From a virus (lineage: Duplodnaviria; Caudoviricetes), in the IMG/VR virus record IMGVR_UViG_3300029305_012082, positions 32,001-96,000 of that record: a stretch of 64,000 nt of DNA; one strand, 5' to 3'. The position numbers and the translations under genes are program-made. Positions 1-7,304 of the stretch are shown here, in pieces. A model generated the notes under the pieces. That model was not told the DNA's origin and made no database searches. It saw only the letters and a list, made by a program, of their open reading frames with translations. Positions within the stretch are counted from its first letter, which is position 1. Each line of letters begins with the position of its first letter.

Positions 1-2438
1 CCAAGATCAAGATCGAATTCAATCCGCTGTGGTCTTTGAGCGATGTAGAACAAGCTGATCTCGACAACAAACGGGCAAACACCGAGTTGGTGAAGGCACA
101 AACCGCACAAGCATACATCGACATGCAGGTCTACGATCCAAGCGAGATCAGAAAGAAGCTTGCCCAAGCAAATGACTTCGAAATCGATGATGTAATTAGC
201 GAAGAGGATCTGGAAGAAGATTTCTTTGCTTCTTTGGAAGAAACGGCTGAACCTACAACTAGGTTGGCTGCAAACCCCGACGCTGTCCACGAGACAAAGA
301 CAGCGGCTGAAGGTAGTACGCCTACGAATGCGCCGGCAGCAACGAAGCTTCCTCAGGATATGACGGCGCAGGAAATCGGAGAGGTAGCAAAGAACACCGA
401 TGAAGATGATGCAGTGTGGAATCCTTTTGGCGTTGGCGTTCTTGTAATAAAGGATGGAAAAATTCTTACTGGAACGAGGCACAATGACTCCGGATATGGA
501 CTCATCGGAGGCCCCGGTGGTCATGGAGAAGAAGGTGAAAGCCCTGAAGAGGCAGCTTTTCGTGAAACCGAGGAAGAATTCGGTATCAGCGCAAAAGAAC
601 TGATCCCCATTGGATTAGGCCCTTTTGAACCCGAAAGTGGGCTGCAATCTCATCTTTTCATCTGCACAGAATATGACGGTGAACCCGACTGTGTTGATAT
701 GGAGATGGTCAATCCCAAATTCCGCACCTTGGAAGAATTGGAACAGCTGGATGCGTCCCTGTTCCCACCGTTCAAGGACAGCTTAGAGATCCTGAAAAGG
801 GAACTCTGTGGAAAACGGGATGACGGTGGCCCCGGCTCCGGTAACTGGGGACATGCTGGTAGACCCGGTAAAAAGGGTGGCTCTTCAGGAGGTGGCGGTG
901 CACATAACCGCATGGGATCTTCTGAGGAAGGATATACTTCCTTCTCCAAGGAAAAAAAGAAGATGGCAAAGCCGCACAAGCTCTCTCACGAAGAACTTTC
1001 CAAGTGTCCCAATGGTACTGTCATCGCTGGCATGGCTGGTCACTACAAAAAAGCCAAGATTGAAGTTTGGAACAACGAGACGTTCGACTATGAATTTAAG
1101 GAAGGCTTCGTCAGCGATGACTGGGGAGATTTCCTTGAAATCGATCAGGTAATTTCTGCTGCCGGTAACGATTCCTATGGTCTCGCAATTCCCGACAGCG
1201 CCAACAAGAACTACCTCAAACCGAAGGGAGATCCTTTCTCTGACGAACGGAGAACCAACGCATTCAAGGCATCTGAAGCTCGTGATGCTGATGACCTGCT
1301 CAGAGAGAAAAGTGGACATATTTGGCGAGGACTGGATGATGCATCCAAAGATGCCCTCGTTGGATACACGGGCGAAACATACTTTGATATAAACAGCGGC
1401 TTACGAAATGGCTATAATGTATCAGACAGCATCCGGAAAGACACGGAACTCTTGACAAATGCAATTTCTCAATCTGTTCTGGATAGAGACATGTATCTGT
1501 TCCGTGGCACTAGCAGCAGCGCGGCAGAGAAACTTTTCGGCTTAAAATCTGGCGATCTCGCTACTTGGAGCGGTCAGATCGAAGATCTGAGCACATTGGT
1601 CGGAACACGAGGTATCGACAACGGCTTTTTGTCCTGCGGAACGTCTGAAGGCAAAGGATTCACCAGCCGAGATGTCCAGTTGAAGATATACTGTCCTGCC
1701 GGAACACAGGCACTTTACGCCGAACCCTTCTCTGCATTCGGACGTGGCGATCAGCGAAGCTGGGATGGTATCAGCAAGCAGAATTCCTTCTCTTCTGAAA
1801 ACGAAACAATCCTTCAAAGAGGATGTGAGCTGCGTATTGTTGGTGCGGAATGGTCTGGAAACAAGGCTATTCTGGAAGTTGAAGTGCTATCCCAGATGAA
1901 TAATACCATCAAATCAGATGGAGATGACCTAGATGGCTTCTCAAAATCATCGAATCCTGATAATCTCGAAAAACATCTTGACTTTTACGGTCAATCAGCT
2001 ACGATAAAGTCACAAGATAACTTCGATGGCGGCTCCGGCTCCGGAAACCATGGACACAGAGGTGTTAAGGGTCAACGGGGAGGATCTGCAGCAAAGTCCT
2101 CCCATCCCAAAGTCACAAAGTTCACAACCCAGAATGGGAGAATGAAGATTACTTCAGATCTTAAAGTCAAAGCGAGTAAATCTGGGAAAGTATCTGTTAC
2201 GATAAAAGCGGGACAGGAAATCGAAGGGATTTATTCTTTTGCTGGGAAGGGGTCGAATGCAAATCTTGTGGTATCCGGCACACTGTCCAAACAATATGGA
2301 GGCAAACCGAAAGACTGGTCCCACTTGTGTGGTTATGCAACCGTTGTCAATTCAAACGGAAGCCAAGAACGGGCGGAGATCCACTGGTTTGAGCATGAAA
2401 CGGTAGGCCAGATAAATTTCAAAGTTAAAAAAAGGTAG
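1..2438 (+). CDS. 5'-truncated portal-like protein (DUF1073-type C-terminus) fused to Nudix, VIP2/C3-like ADP-ribosyltransferase and a C-terminal putative toxin domain
   Basis: Frame is open from base 3 (KIKIEFNPLWSLSDVEQA...YDPSEIR, portal-like end), so the start lies outside the window. Nudix box GGHGEEGESPEEAAFRETEEEFG; ART motifs YTG..INSGLR, LFRG, FLSC, ENE; lies upstream of head genes. Confidence 0.8.
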   Translation, partial: KIKIEFNPLWSLSDVEQADLDNKRANTELVKAQTAQAYIDMQVYDPSEIRKKLAQANDFEIDDVISEEDLEEDFFASLEETAEPTTRLAANPDAVHETKTAAEGSTPTNAPAATKLPQDMTAQEIGEVAKNTDEDDAVWNPFGVGVLVIKDGKILTGTRHNDSGYGLIGGPGGHGEEGESPEEAAFRETEEEFGISAKELIPIGLGPFEPESGLQSHLFICTEYDGEPDCVDMEMVNPKFRTLEELEQLDASLFPPFKDSLEILKRELCGKRDDGGPGSGNWGHAGRPGKKGGSSGGGGAHNRMGSSEEGYTSFSKEKKKMAKPHKLSHEELSKCPNGTVIAGMAGHYKKAKIEVWNNETFDYEFKEGFVSDDWGDFLEIDQVISAAGNDSYGLAIPDSANKNYLKPKGDPFSDERRTNAFKASEARDADDLLREKSGHIWRGLDDASKDALVGYTGETYFDINSGLRNGYNVSDSIRKDTELLTNAISQSVLDRDMYLFRGTSSSAAEKLFGLKSGDLATWSGQIEDLSTLVGTRGIDNGFLSCGTSEGKGFTSRDVQLKIYCPAGTQALYAEPFSAFGRGDQRSWDGISKQNSFSSENETILQRGCELRIVGAEWSGNKAILEVEVLSQMNNTIKSDGDDLDGFSKSSNPDNLEKHLDFYGQSATIKSQDNFDGGSGSGNHGHRGVKGQRGGSAAKSSHPKVTKFTTQNGRMKITSDLKVKASKSGKVSVTIKAGQEIEGIYSFAGKGSNANLVVSGTLSKQYGGKPKDWSHLCGYATVVNSNGSQERAEIHWFEHETVGQINFKVKKR
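1978..2005 (+). promoter_or_regulatory. copy of the phage promoter motif inside the portal fusion ORF
   Basis: TTGACT-16nt-TACGAT followed by AAAGTCACA, as at 51209. Confidence 0.6.
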
Positions 2439-2447
2439 GGGATTTCG

Positions 2448-2606
2448 ATGACAGGAATTTGGAGAGGCGATACTGATCCTCTGGAGCTTATCCATGGGAA
2501 AGAGTACGAAATTATCGGAGAAGGTTTCGACGGTACATTTTTCGAAGTGGTTGACGAAACGGGGGAGGCATTCTTGTATCCTGCGGAAGATTTCGAAATC
2601 GTTTAA
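2448..2606 (+). CDS. 52-aa acidic protein, putative immunity/antitoxin partner
   Basis: Manual translation MTGIWRGDTDPLELIHGKEYEII...VVDETGEAFLYPAEDFEIV; starts 9 nt after the fusion ORF; absent from ORF track. Confidence 0.7.
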   Translation: MTGIWRGDTDPLELIHGKEYEIIGEGFDGTFFEVVDETGEAFLYPAEDFEIV

Positions 2607-2648
2607 TAGCGGTTCTTGAAATAATTTCTAGGCATATAGAAAAACCAC

Positions 2649-2676
2649 TTGACTAGGTCGGTAGGTAAGTTACGAT
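2649..2676 (+). promoter_or_regulatory. phage promoter motif
   Basis: TTGACT-AGGTCGGTAGGTAAGT-TACGAT. Confidence 0.75.
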
Positions 2677-2714
2677 AAAGTCAAGATGATACTACCGAGC
2701 AAGGAGGGGTTAAA

Positions 2715-2945
2715 ATGGCAAGATGGGACAATGAAGAGTTTGCGCTCCAGCGCCCTGATGAAAACCGGATTATCTGCAAGGATTGTGTGTTTAGAGAAAA
2801 AGATCGTCAGTTTGGCAAGAGTGTTATCTGCGGATGCACACTTGACATCTGTCAAGTTTATTCGAACAGCAATCCGAAGCCGCACGATATTCTTTTCAAG
2901 AACAAACCCTGTGGGTATTATGTGAGCGAGAATGATGAAGACTAA
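2715..2945 (+). CDS. small Cys-rich, possibly metal-binding protein
   Basis: AAGGAGG RBS; CKDC...C...C pattern. Confidence 0.7.
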   Translation: MARWDNEEFALQRPDENRIICKDCVFREKDRQFGKSVICGCTLDICQVYSNSNPKPHDILFKNKPCGYYVSENDED

Positions 2946-2975
2946 GATCAGAAGCAGAGTAAAGGAAAAGGAACT

Positions 2976-3767
2976 ATGATTGGTGCAATTGTAGGAGATA
3001 TTGTAGGCTCCATTTATGAATTCGATAATCACAGAGGCAAGGAGTTTCCTTTGTTCGGAAAAGGATGCTTCGCAACAGATGACAGCATTATGACTTTGGC
3101 GATTGCCAAGGCGGTTATGCTCAGTAAGCCGGATCACAGTGATCTTGGCAGAAATGCCGTCAAGCACATGCGAGAAGTTGGTCAGCCGTACCCATCTTGC
3201 GGGTATGGAGGCCGGTTTTTTCAGTGGATGTACAGCGACAATCCAGCCCCGTACAACAGCTTCGGAAACGGGGCCGCCATGAGAGTTAGTCCTGTTGCAT
3301 ACGAAGCGAAGTCGTTGGAAGATGTGAAGCTGATGTCTCGGCTTGTGACTGAGGTAACTCACAATCATCCCGAAGGGATTAAAGGCGCAGAGGCTGTAGC
3401 GGTGGCCACATGGCTTGCGCTTCATGATTTCGATAAAAGCGAAATCGATCATTATATCCGGGAGAACTACTATCCGATGGATTTCACGATTGATGAGATC
3501 CGTCCGACATATCGGTTCAATGAAACCTGTCAGGATACTGTCCCCCAAGCGATCAAGGCATTTTTGGAGTCCGAAAACTTCGAGGATGCGATCCGGATTG
3601 CGATTTCTGTTGGCGGTGACAGCGACACTTTAGCGTCTATTACTGGAGCAATAGCCGGTGCGTACTACGGTGTGCCCTCGGCAATCAAAATTCAAGCAAA
3701 TCGGTATCTCGATGATCGGCTTTCTGTGATTTTAAGGGATTTTTGTTTGCGTTACGGCGCAGCATGA
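2976..3767 (+). CDS. ADP-ribosylglycohydrolase (ARH/DraG/Tri1 family)
   Basis: GAIVGDIVGS, TDD, GNGAAMRVSP, THNHPEG and GGDSDT motifs. Confidence 0.95.
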   Translation: MIGAIVGDIVGSIYEFDNHRGKEFPLFGKGCFATDDSIMTLAIAKAVMLSKPDHSDLGRNAVKHMREVGQPYPSCGYGGRFFQWMYSDNPAPYNSFGNGAAMRVSPVAYEAKSLEDVKLMSRLVTEVTHNHPEGIKGAEAVAVATWLALHDFDKSEIDHYIRENYYPMDFTIDEIRPTYRFNETCQDTVPQAIKAFLESENFEDAIRIAISVGGDSDTLASITGAIAGAYYGVPSAIKIQANRYLDDRLSVILRDFCLRYGAA

Positions 3768-3772
3768 TAATG

Positions 3773-3803
3773 AAGCGGGTTGGCATTTGCCGACCCGCTT
3801 TTA
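3773..3803 (+). terminator. intrinsic terminator
   Basis: AAGCGGGTTGGC/GCCGACCCGCTT stem followed by T run. Confidence 0.65.
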
Positions 3804-3825
3804 TAAGGACAATTTCAATGAATAA

Positions 3826-3900
3826 GTCGTGGTAGATCAGAAGGTAGATCACCGGGAAGGCATAGCCCGACAGTCGCAGGTTCAAGTCCTGCCCACGGCA
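3826..3900 (+). tRNA. degenerate tRNA-like element (Met-like; CAT in a 9-nt loop; no CCA)
   Basis: Acceptor GTCGTGG/CCACGGC, D stem GATC/GATC, T arm GCAGG-TTCAAGT-CCTGC; anticodon loop AAGGCATAG is non-canonical. Confidence 0.55.
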
Positions 3901-4003
3901 CAACTCCCGGAAGCGGGGCTATTTTCTACTCCTTTGTAACTTGACGGCTCGGAAAAGACGAGAAGTGCTGTGTAGCGTGGTTGAGCTACACAGTGCGCCT
4001 TAT

Positions 4004-4088
4004 GGGGCAGTGGCGAAATGAAAACGCTGGGGACGATTTCCTCTAGTGCTGTTGCACCTTGTTGGTTCAAATCCAACCTGCCCCACCA
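4004..4088 (+). tRNA. degenerate class II tRNA-like element, anticodon undetermined
   Basis: Acceptor GGGGCAG/CTGCCCC plus ACCA, T arm GTTGG-TTCAAAT-CCAAC, variable stem GTGC/GCAC; irregular anticodon arm. Confidence 0.6.
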
Positions 4089-4188
4089 CCCACGAAAGTG
4101 GGATCTTCCTCTCTTTTTCTTGTTTTGACAGCTCGGAATAGACGGCAATGCCCTGTAGAATTCATTCGCCTCTGCAGGGCAAACATAC

Positions 4189-4264
4189 GCTGCTATAGCT
4201 CAGTCGGTAGAGCAGCTGATTTGTAATCAGCAGGTCGTCGGTTCGAGTCCGACTAGCAGCTCCA
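4189..4264 (+). tRNA. tRNA-Thr(TGT)
   Basis: Full cloverleaf; GCTGA-TTTGTAA-TCAGC; CCA. Confidence 0.95.
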
Positions 4265-4367
4265 CTGTGGTGTGGTGAACCACAGAGGCTTTCATTTCTC
4301 ATTCTTCTGGCAGCTCGGAAAGACGAGCAGTGCTGGACGATCCTCCTATTCGCCCAGCACATCATAT

Positions 4368-4441
4368 GCCGCAGTAGTTCAATGGCAGAACACCAGCCTT
4401 CCAAGCTGGTTGCGCGGGTTCGATTCCCGTTTGCGGCTCCA
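4368..4441 (+). tRNA. tRNA-Gly(TCC)
   Basis: CCAGC-CTTCCAA-GCTGG; CCA. Confidence 0.95.
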
Positions 4442-4666
4442 AATCCGAGGTGTACATGGGCCGTTGCCGACATAAGGCAGCGCAAGCCGGTTGCCGCGCT
4501 ACACGATAGGAGAAAACAGCTGGGTCGCTCCCATCCGACAGCCGGACGGAATACAGACCGATAGTACTGTGACACGACGGACAGCGACGCCGAACAGGCC
4601 AGAACGAGAGGCCGGCAGACACGCCGCCAGCTGACTTAGAGAGCAGAAAAGATGCGTGTCCGATAT

Positions 4667-4741
4667 AGGGGTGTCGCCAAGAGGAAAGGCACGGGACTTT
4701 GACTCCCGTATTCGCAGGTTCGATCCCTGCCATCCCTGCCA
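4667..4741 (+). tRNA. tRNA-Gln(TTG)
   Basis: CGGGA-CTTTGAC-TCCCG; CCA. Confidence 0.93.
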
Positions 4742-4854
4742 AGGACATATATGTCCTTACCAAGAGCCGAAAACAACCTGCTTGCGCGACAACGACTGCG
4801 TACCACGCGGGAACAGTGTAAGCGGGTTCTTTCGGTAATTGCCAACATTGAAAT

Positions 4855-4942
4855 GGGAGCTTCGCCAAGCGGTGAAGGCATCGGTCTTGAAAACCGACAG
4901 GGCAGTAATGTCGCATGGGTTCGAATCCCTTAGCTCCCGCCA
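4855..4942 (+). tRNA. tRNA-Ser(TGA)
   Basis: TCGGT-CTTGAAA-ACCGA; long variable arm; G discriminator plus CCA. Confidence 0.92.
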
Positions 4943-4967
4943 AAACCAACAGTGATGAAGATTTGAC

Positions 4968-5050
4968 CTCCGCATGAAGGAATGGTAGACTAACTTGTCT
5001 CAAAAACAAGTGCCATCGGCGTCCCGGTTCGAGTCCGGGTGCGGAGACCA
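4968..5050 (+). tRNA. tRNA-Leu(CAA)
   Basis: CTTGT-CTCAAAA-ACAAG; variable arm; CCA; weak D stem. Confidence 0.85.
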
Positions 5051-5209
5051 GCCGGTATGCTTCATCTAGACATAGTGTTGGGCGACTGTGACCCGGACTC
5101 TCGGAGTCCTCCTTCCAAAGAAAATCGCAGTCTGATCTTAAAGTGAGGCCGCTTACCCTTGTGGTGGAAAAGTAGCGGGAAAGAACAGAGGCGGGGCTGT
5201 TCATTTCGT

Positions 5210-5286
5210 GGGCCTTTAGCTCAGCGGGTCAGAGCCTCCGGCTCATAACCGGATCGTCCACGGTTCGAATCCGTGAAGGCCCACCA
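5210..5286 (+). tRNA. tRNA with CAT anticodon, probably Ile2 (lysidine type)
   Basis: TCCGG-CTCATAA-CCGGA; GGGCCTT/AAGGCCC acceptor resembles Ile2 rather than fMet. Confidence 0.85.
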
Positions 5287-5481
5287 TAAATGCAAGCGAT
5301 GGATAGATCCGCCAAACACTAGGATCACCAGAGGTCGAGACTCTGGGCTTGCTCATGGCCGCGAGGCTTCTTCCTTTTGTTGTGCATAACGGAGGAAGAT
5401 AAAGAATACCATCTGGACCCGGATTGAGTGAAACGGATGCGACTTTTGCACGAGCGCAGGGCTGAAAAGTTCCGTGGCAAA

Positions 5482-5599
5482 AACAGGAATGCAAATAGTG
5501 GTAAGGATGAGGTGAGGTGCCCGTATAGGAGAGGCAACGCCGACCAACCATTAGGTGTCGAGGCGTTGGGTAGTTCTGAAGGCTATTTGCATTCTTGTT
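5482..5599 (+). ncRNA. putative structured ncRNA
   Basis: 18-bp closing stem AACAGGAATGCAAATAGT/GCTATTTGCATTCTTGTT; inner stem CAACGCC/GGCGTTG. Confidence 0.45.
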
Positions 5600-5695
5600 A
5601 TTGCTGTGAAAAATCCATTCGCATAGTGGCAAATAATGCCGCTATGCTTTTTTGTTGTCCTACAAACGCCCCAAGCAGCAGGGAGGAGATAATCC

Positions 5696-6634
5696 TTGAA
5701 CCATAACCAACACCAACAAGCTGTAAAAAAGGCGGTAAAAGCGAAATTCAGGGGTCACACGACCCTGCACAGCAAGCGAACCCCACTATATCCAGACACG
5801 GCAGAGCGGGAATATATGAGGATCACAGCTGGTTACGTCAGGTTGATGAATCAGGTGTTGAGAGAGAACCTGCCTGAAATAATGACCGAGTACAGAGCGC
5901 AACGAACAGATGGTGTCAGAAACGACGATCTTCGTGACTTGGAATCTTGGCTGAGACAAAAGTTCCGACAAATGGCGCAAGAACTTGAAAAACGGGTTTC
6001 TGTATTCGGGCTAGAGAGACTTGTGGACAAAGTATCCAGAATGACACAACGGATGTCCCTGAGGGAATGGAAAAAGTCGGTTAAAGACACCTTGGGAATT
6101 GATCTCATGGATGACTACTATAGCGGAGAATTCTACGAGTCGATAGTTCACAGGTGGGTGGATGAAAACGTTCTAAAAATCAAAACGCTCCCTCAGAACA
6201 CACTGGATGAGATGCAGCAAATTATACTGCATGGCTTTAAGTCTGGCTCGACGATCAGAGACATCACGAAAGAGATCCAACGTGAATATGGAGTAACCAG
6301 AAGACGGGCAAGAACTCTTGCCAGAGATCAAATTGCAACACTGAATTCGCAGATAACAAAAGCCCAGCAACAAGATGCCGGATGCAACAGATACAGATGG
6401 TCCGATTCCCGTGATTCTCGTGTCCGAGAATGCCACCACGCTTTGAACGGCAAGATCTTCAGCTGGGACGATCCTCCGGAGATGTGGTACACGACCAAGA
6501 AACGAGGAGTTGTTCGCACCGGAAGACGTTGTCATCCCGGCGAAGATTACTGCTGCAGATGCATTGCTATTCCAGTATTCGATTATGAGACACTTGATGT
6601 CCCTATAAAAGAAACAGTAAGTCCCAAGGGGTAA
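5696..6634 (+). CDS. head morphogenesis protein (MuF/SPP1 gp7 family)
   Basis: RARTLARDQ, W...DSRVRECH and HPGEDYCCRC motifs. Confidence 0.92.
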   Translation: MNHNQHQQAVKKAVKAKFRGHTTLHSKRTPLYPDTAEREYMRITAGYVRLMNQVLRENLPEIMTEYRAQRTDGVRNDDLRDLESWLRQKFRQMAQELEKRVSVFGLERLVDKVSRMTQRMSLREWKKSVKDTLGIDLMDDYYSGEFYESIVHRWVDENVLKIKTLPQNTLDEMQQIILHGFKSGSTIRDITKEIQREYGVTRRRARTLARDQIATLNSQITKAQQQDAGCNRYRWSDSRDSRVRECHHALNGKIFSWDDPPEMWYTTKKRGVVRTGRRCHPGEDYCCRCIAIPVFDYETLDVPIKETVSPKG

Positions 6635-6640
6635 ACCACC

Positions 6641-6814
6641 ATGCAGAACAAAGAAAAGATCAACGTTTACATCTATTTCAAAGATGGTAAAACGATTTGC
6701 ATATGCAAACGGTCGAATAAAAAATGTGGTAGAAACTGCACACCGGATGTTGTTGAACGAGACAAATTTGCTGGATGGGAAGACTCGTTCAAAAGAGACC
6801 GCTTTGGTCGTTGA
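6641..6814 (+). CDS. 57-aa Cys-containing hypothetical protein
   Basis: Manual translation MQNKEKINVYIY...ICICKRSNKKCGRNC; 6 nt after MuF. Confidence 0.55.
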   Translation: MQNKEKINVYIYFKDGKTICICKRSNKKCGRNCTPDVVERDKFAGWEDSFKRDRFGR

Positions 6815-6934
6815 GTTCCGTATTCAAGGAAGGCGGTAACACACATGGTAGTATCCGGCATTATAAGGAGCCGAGATCCCCCCAATCTTGCGACAGGACC
6901 TCCCGGCAGAATACTTTGAAAGGAGAAAAGACCC

Positions 6935-7276
6935 ATGAGAAACTACAGAGCAGTCGAAGATGTCAGCAGACATCTTTCGAAGATTTGCGAAAGCATTCAG
7001 AATTTGGCTTGCTCCATTGAGATGTACCAGCACATGGATGGTGATCTGGAAGCAACTTATGAAACTCTCATGCTCGACAAGCTTGAACATCTGCAGATGC
7101 TCACCTTGAAACTGACCGAACTGATTACTTCGGCAGAGGAGAGATCTGACAGTCAGGAGAACTTGGACGAAGGCGGCGGTGCTTTCTTTGCCGGCGAACT
7201 AGACGATGTCAAGAGAGATGAAGCGGCTGATGACAGAGATCCCACTTCCGTTAAAGCTGCGACAGCTGCAGAATAA
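6935..7276 (+). CDS. hypothetical head-region protein
   Basis: AAGGAG RBS; ORF track. Confidence 0.7.
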   Translation: MRNYRAVEDVSRHLSKICESIQNLACSIEMYQHMDGDLEATYETLMLDKLEHLQMLTLKLTELITSAEERSDSQENLDEGGGAFFAGELDDVKRDEAADDRDPTSVKAATAAE

Positions 7277-7304
7277 TCACCATTCTCCGAAAGGAGGGGA
7301 GCGC

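Larger units (their letters stand above)
3901..4367 (+). repeat. three ~100-nt inter-tRNA units with core TKRCRGCTCGGAA(N)AGACG
   Basis: Cores at 3941-3962, 4125-4146 and 4308-4328, each flanked by hairpins. Confidence 0.75.

Noticed and set aside
4004-4088. Amber suppressor tRNA (CTCTA present) and stop-codon recoding
   Set aside because: CTA is not in a stem-closed 7-nt loop; genes are intact under code 11 and end in TAA, TAG and TGA.
3941-4146. TTGACG/TTGACA in the spacer cores as -35 boxes
   Set aside because: No -10 box at the right spacing, and the third copy reads TGGCAG.
4289-4300. 12-nt complementarity of spacer-3 tract to 10427-10438
   Set aside because: Short, low-complexity match that may be chance.
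3901-4666. Theta/HDV-like ribozymes after tRNAs
   Set aside because: The nested double pseudoknot could not be built by eye; needs a motif search.
3882-5706. ORF-track ORFs across the tRNA cluster
   Set aside because: They overlap tRNAs on both strands and show no protein motifs or RBS.
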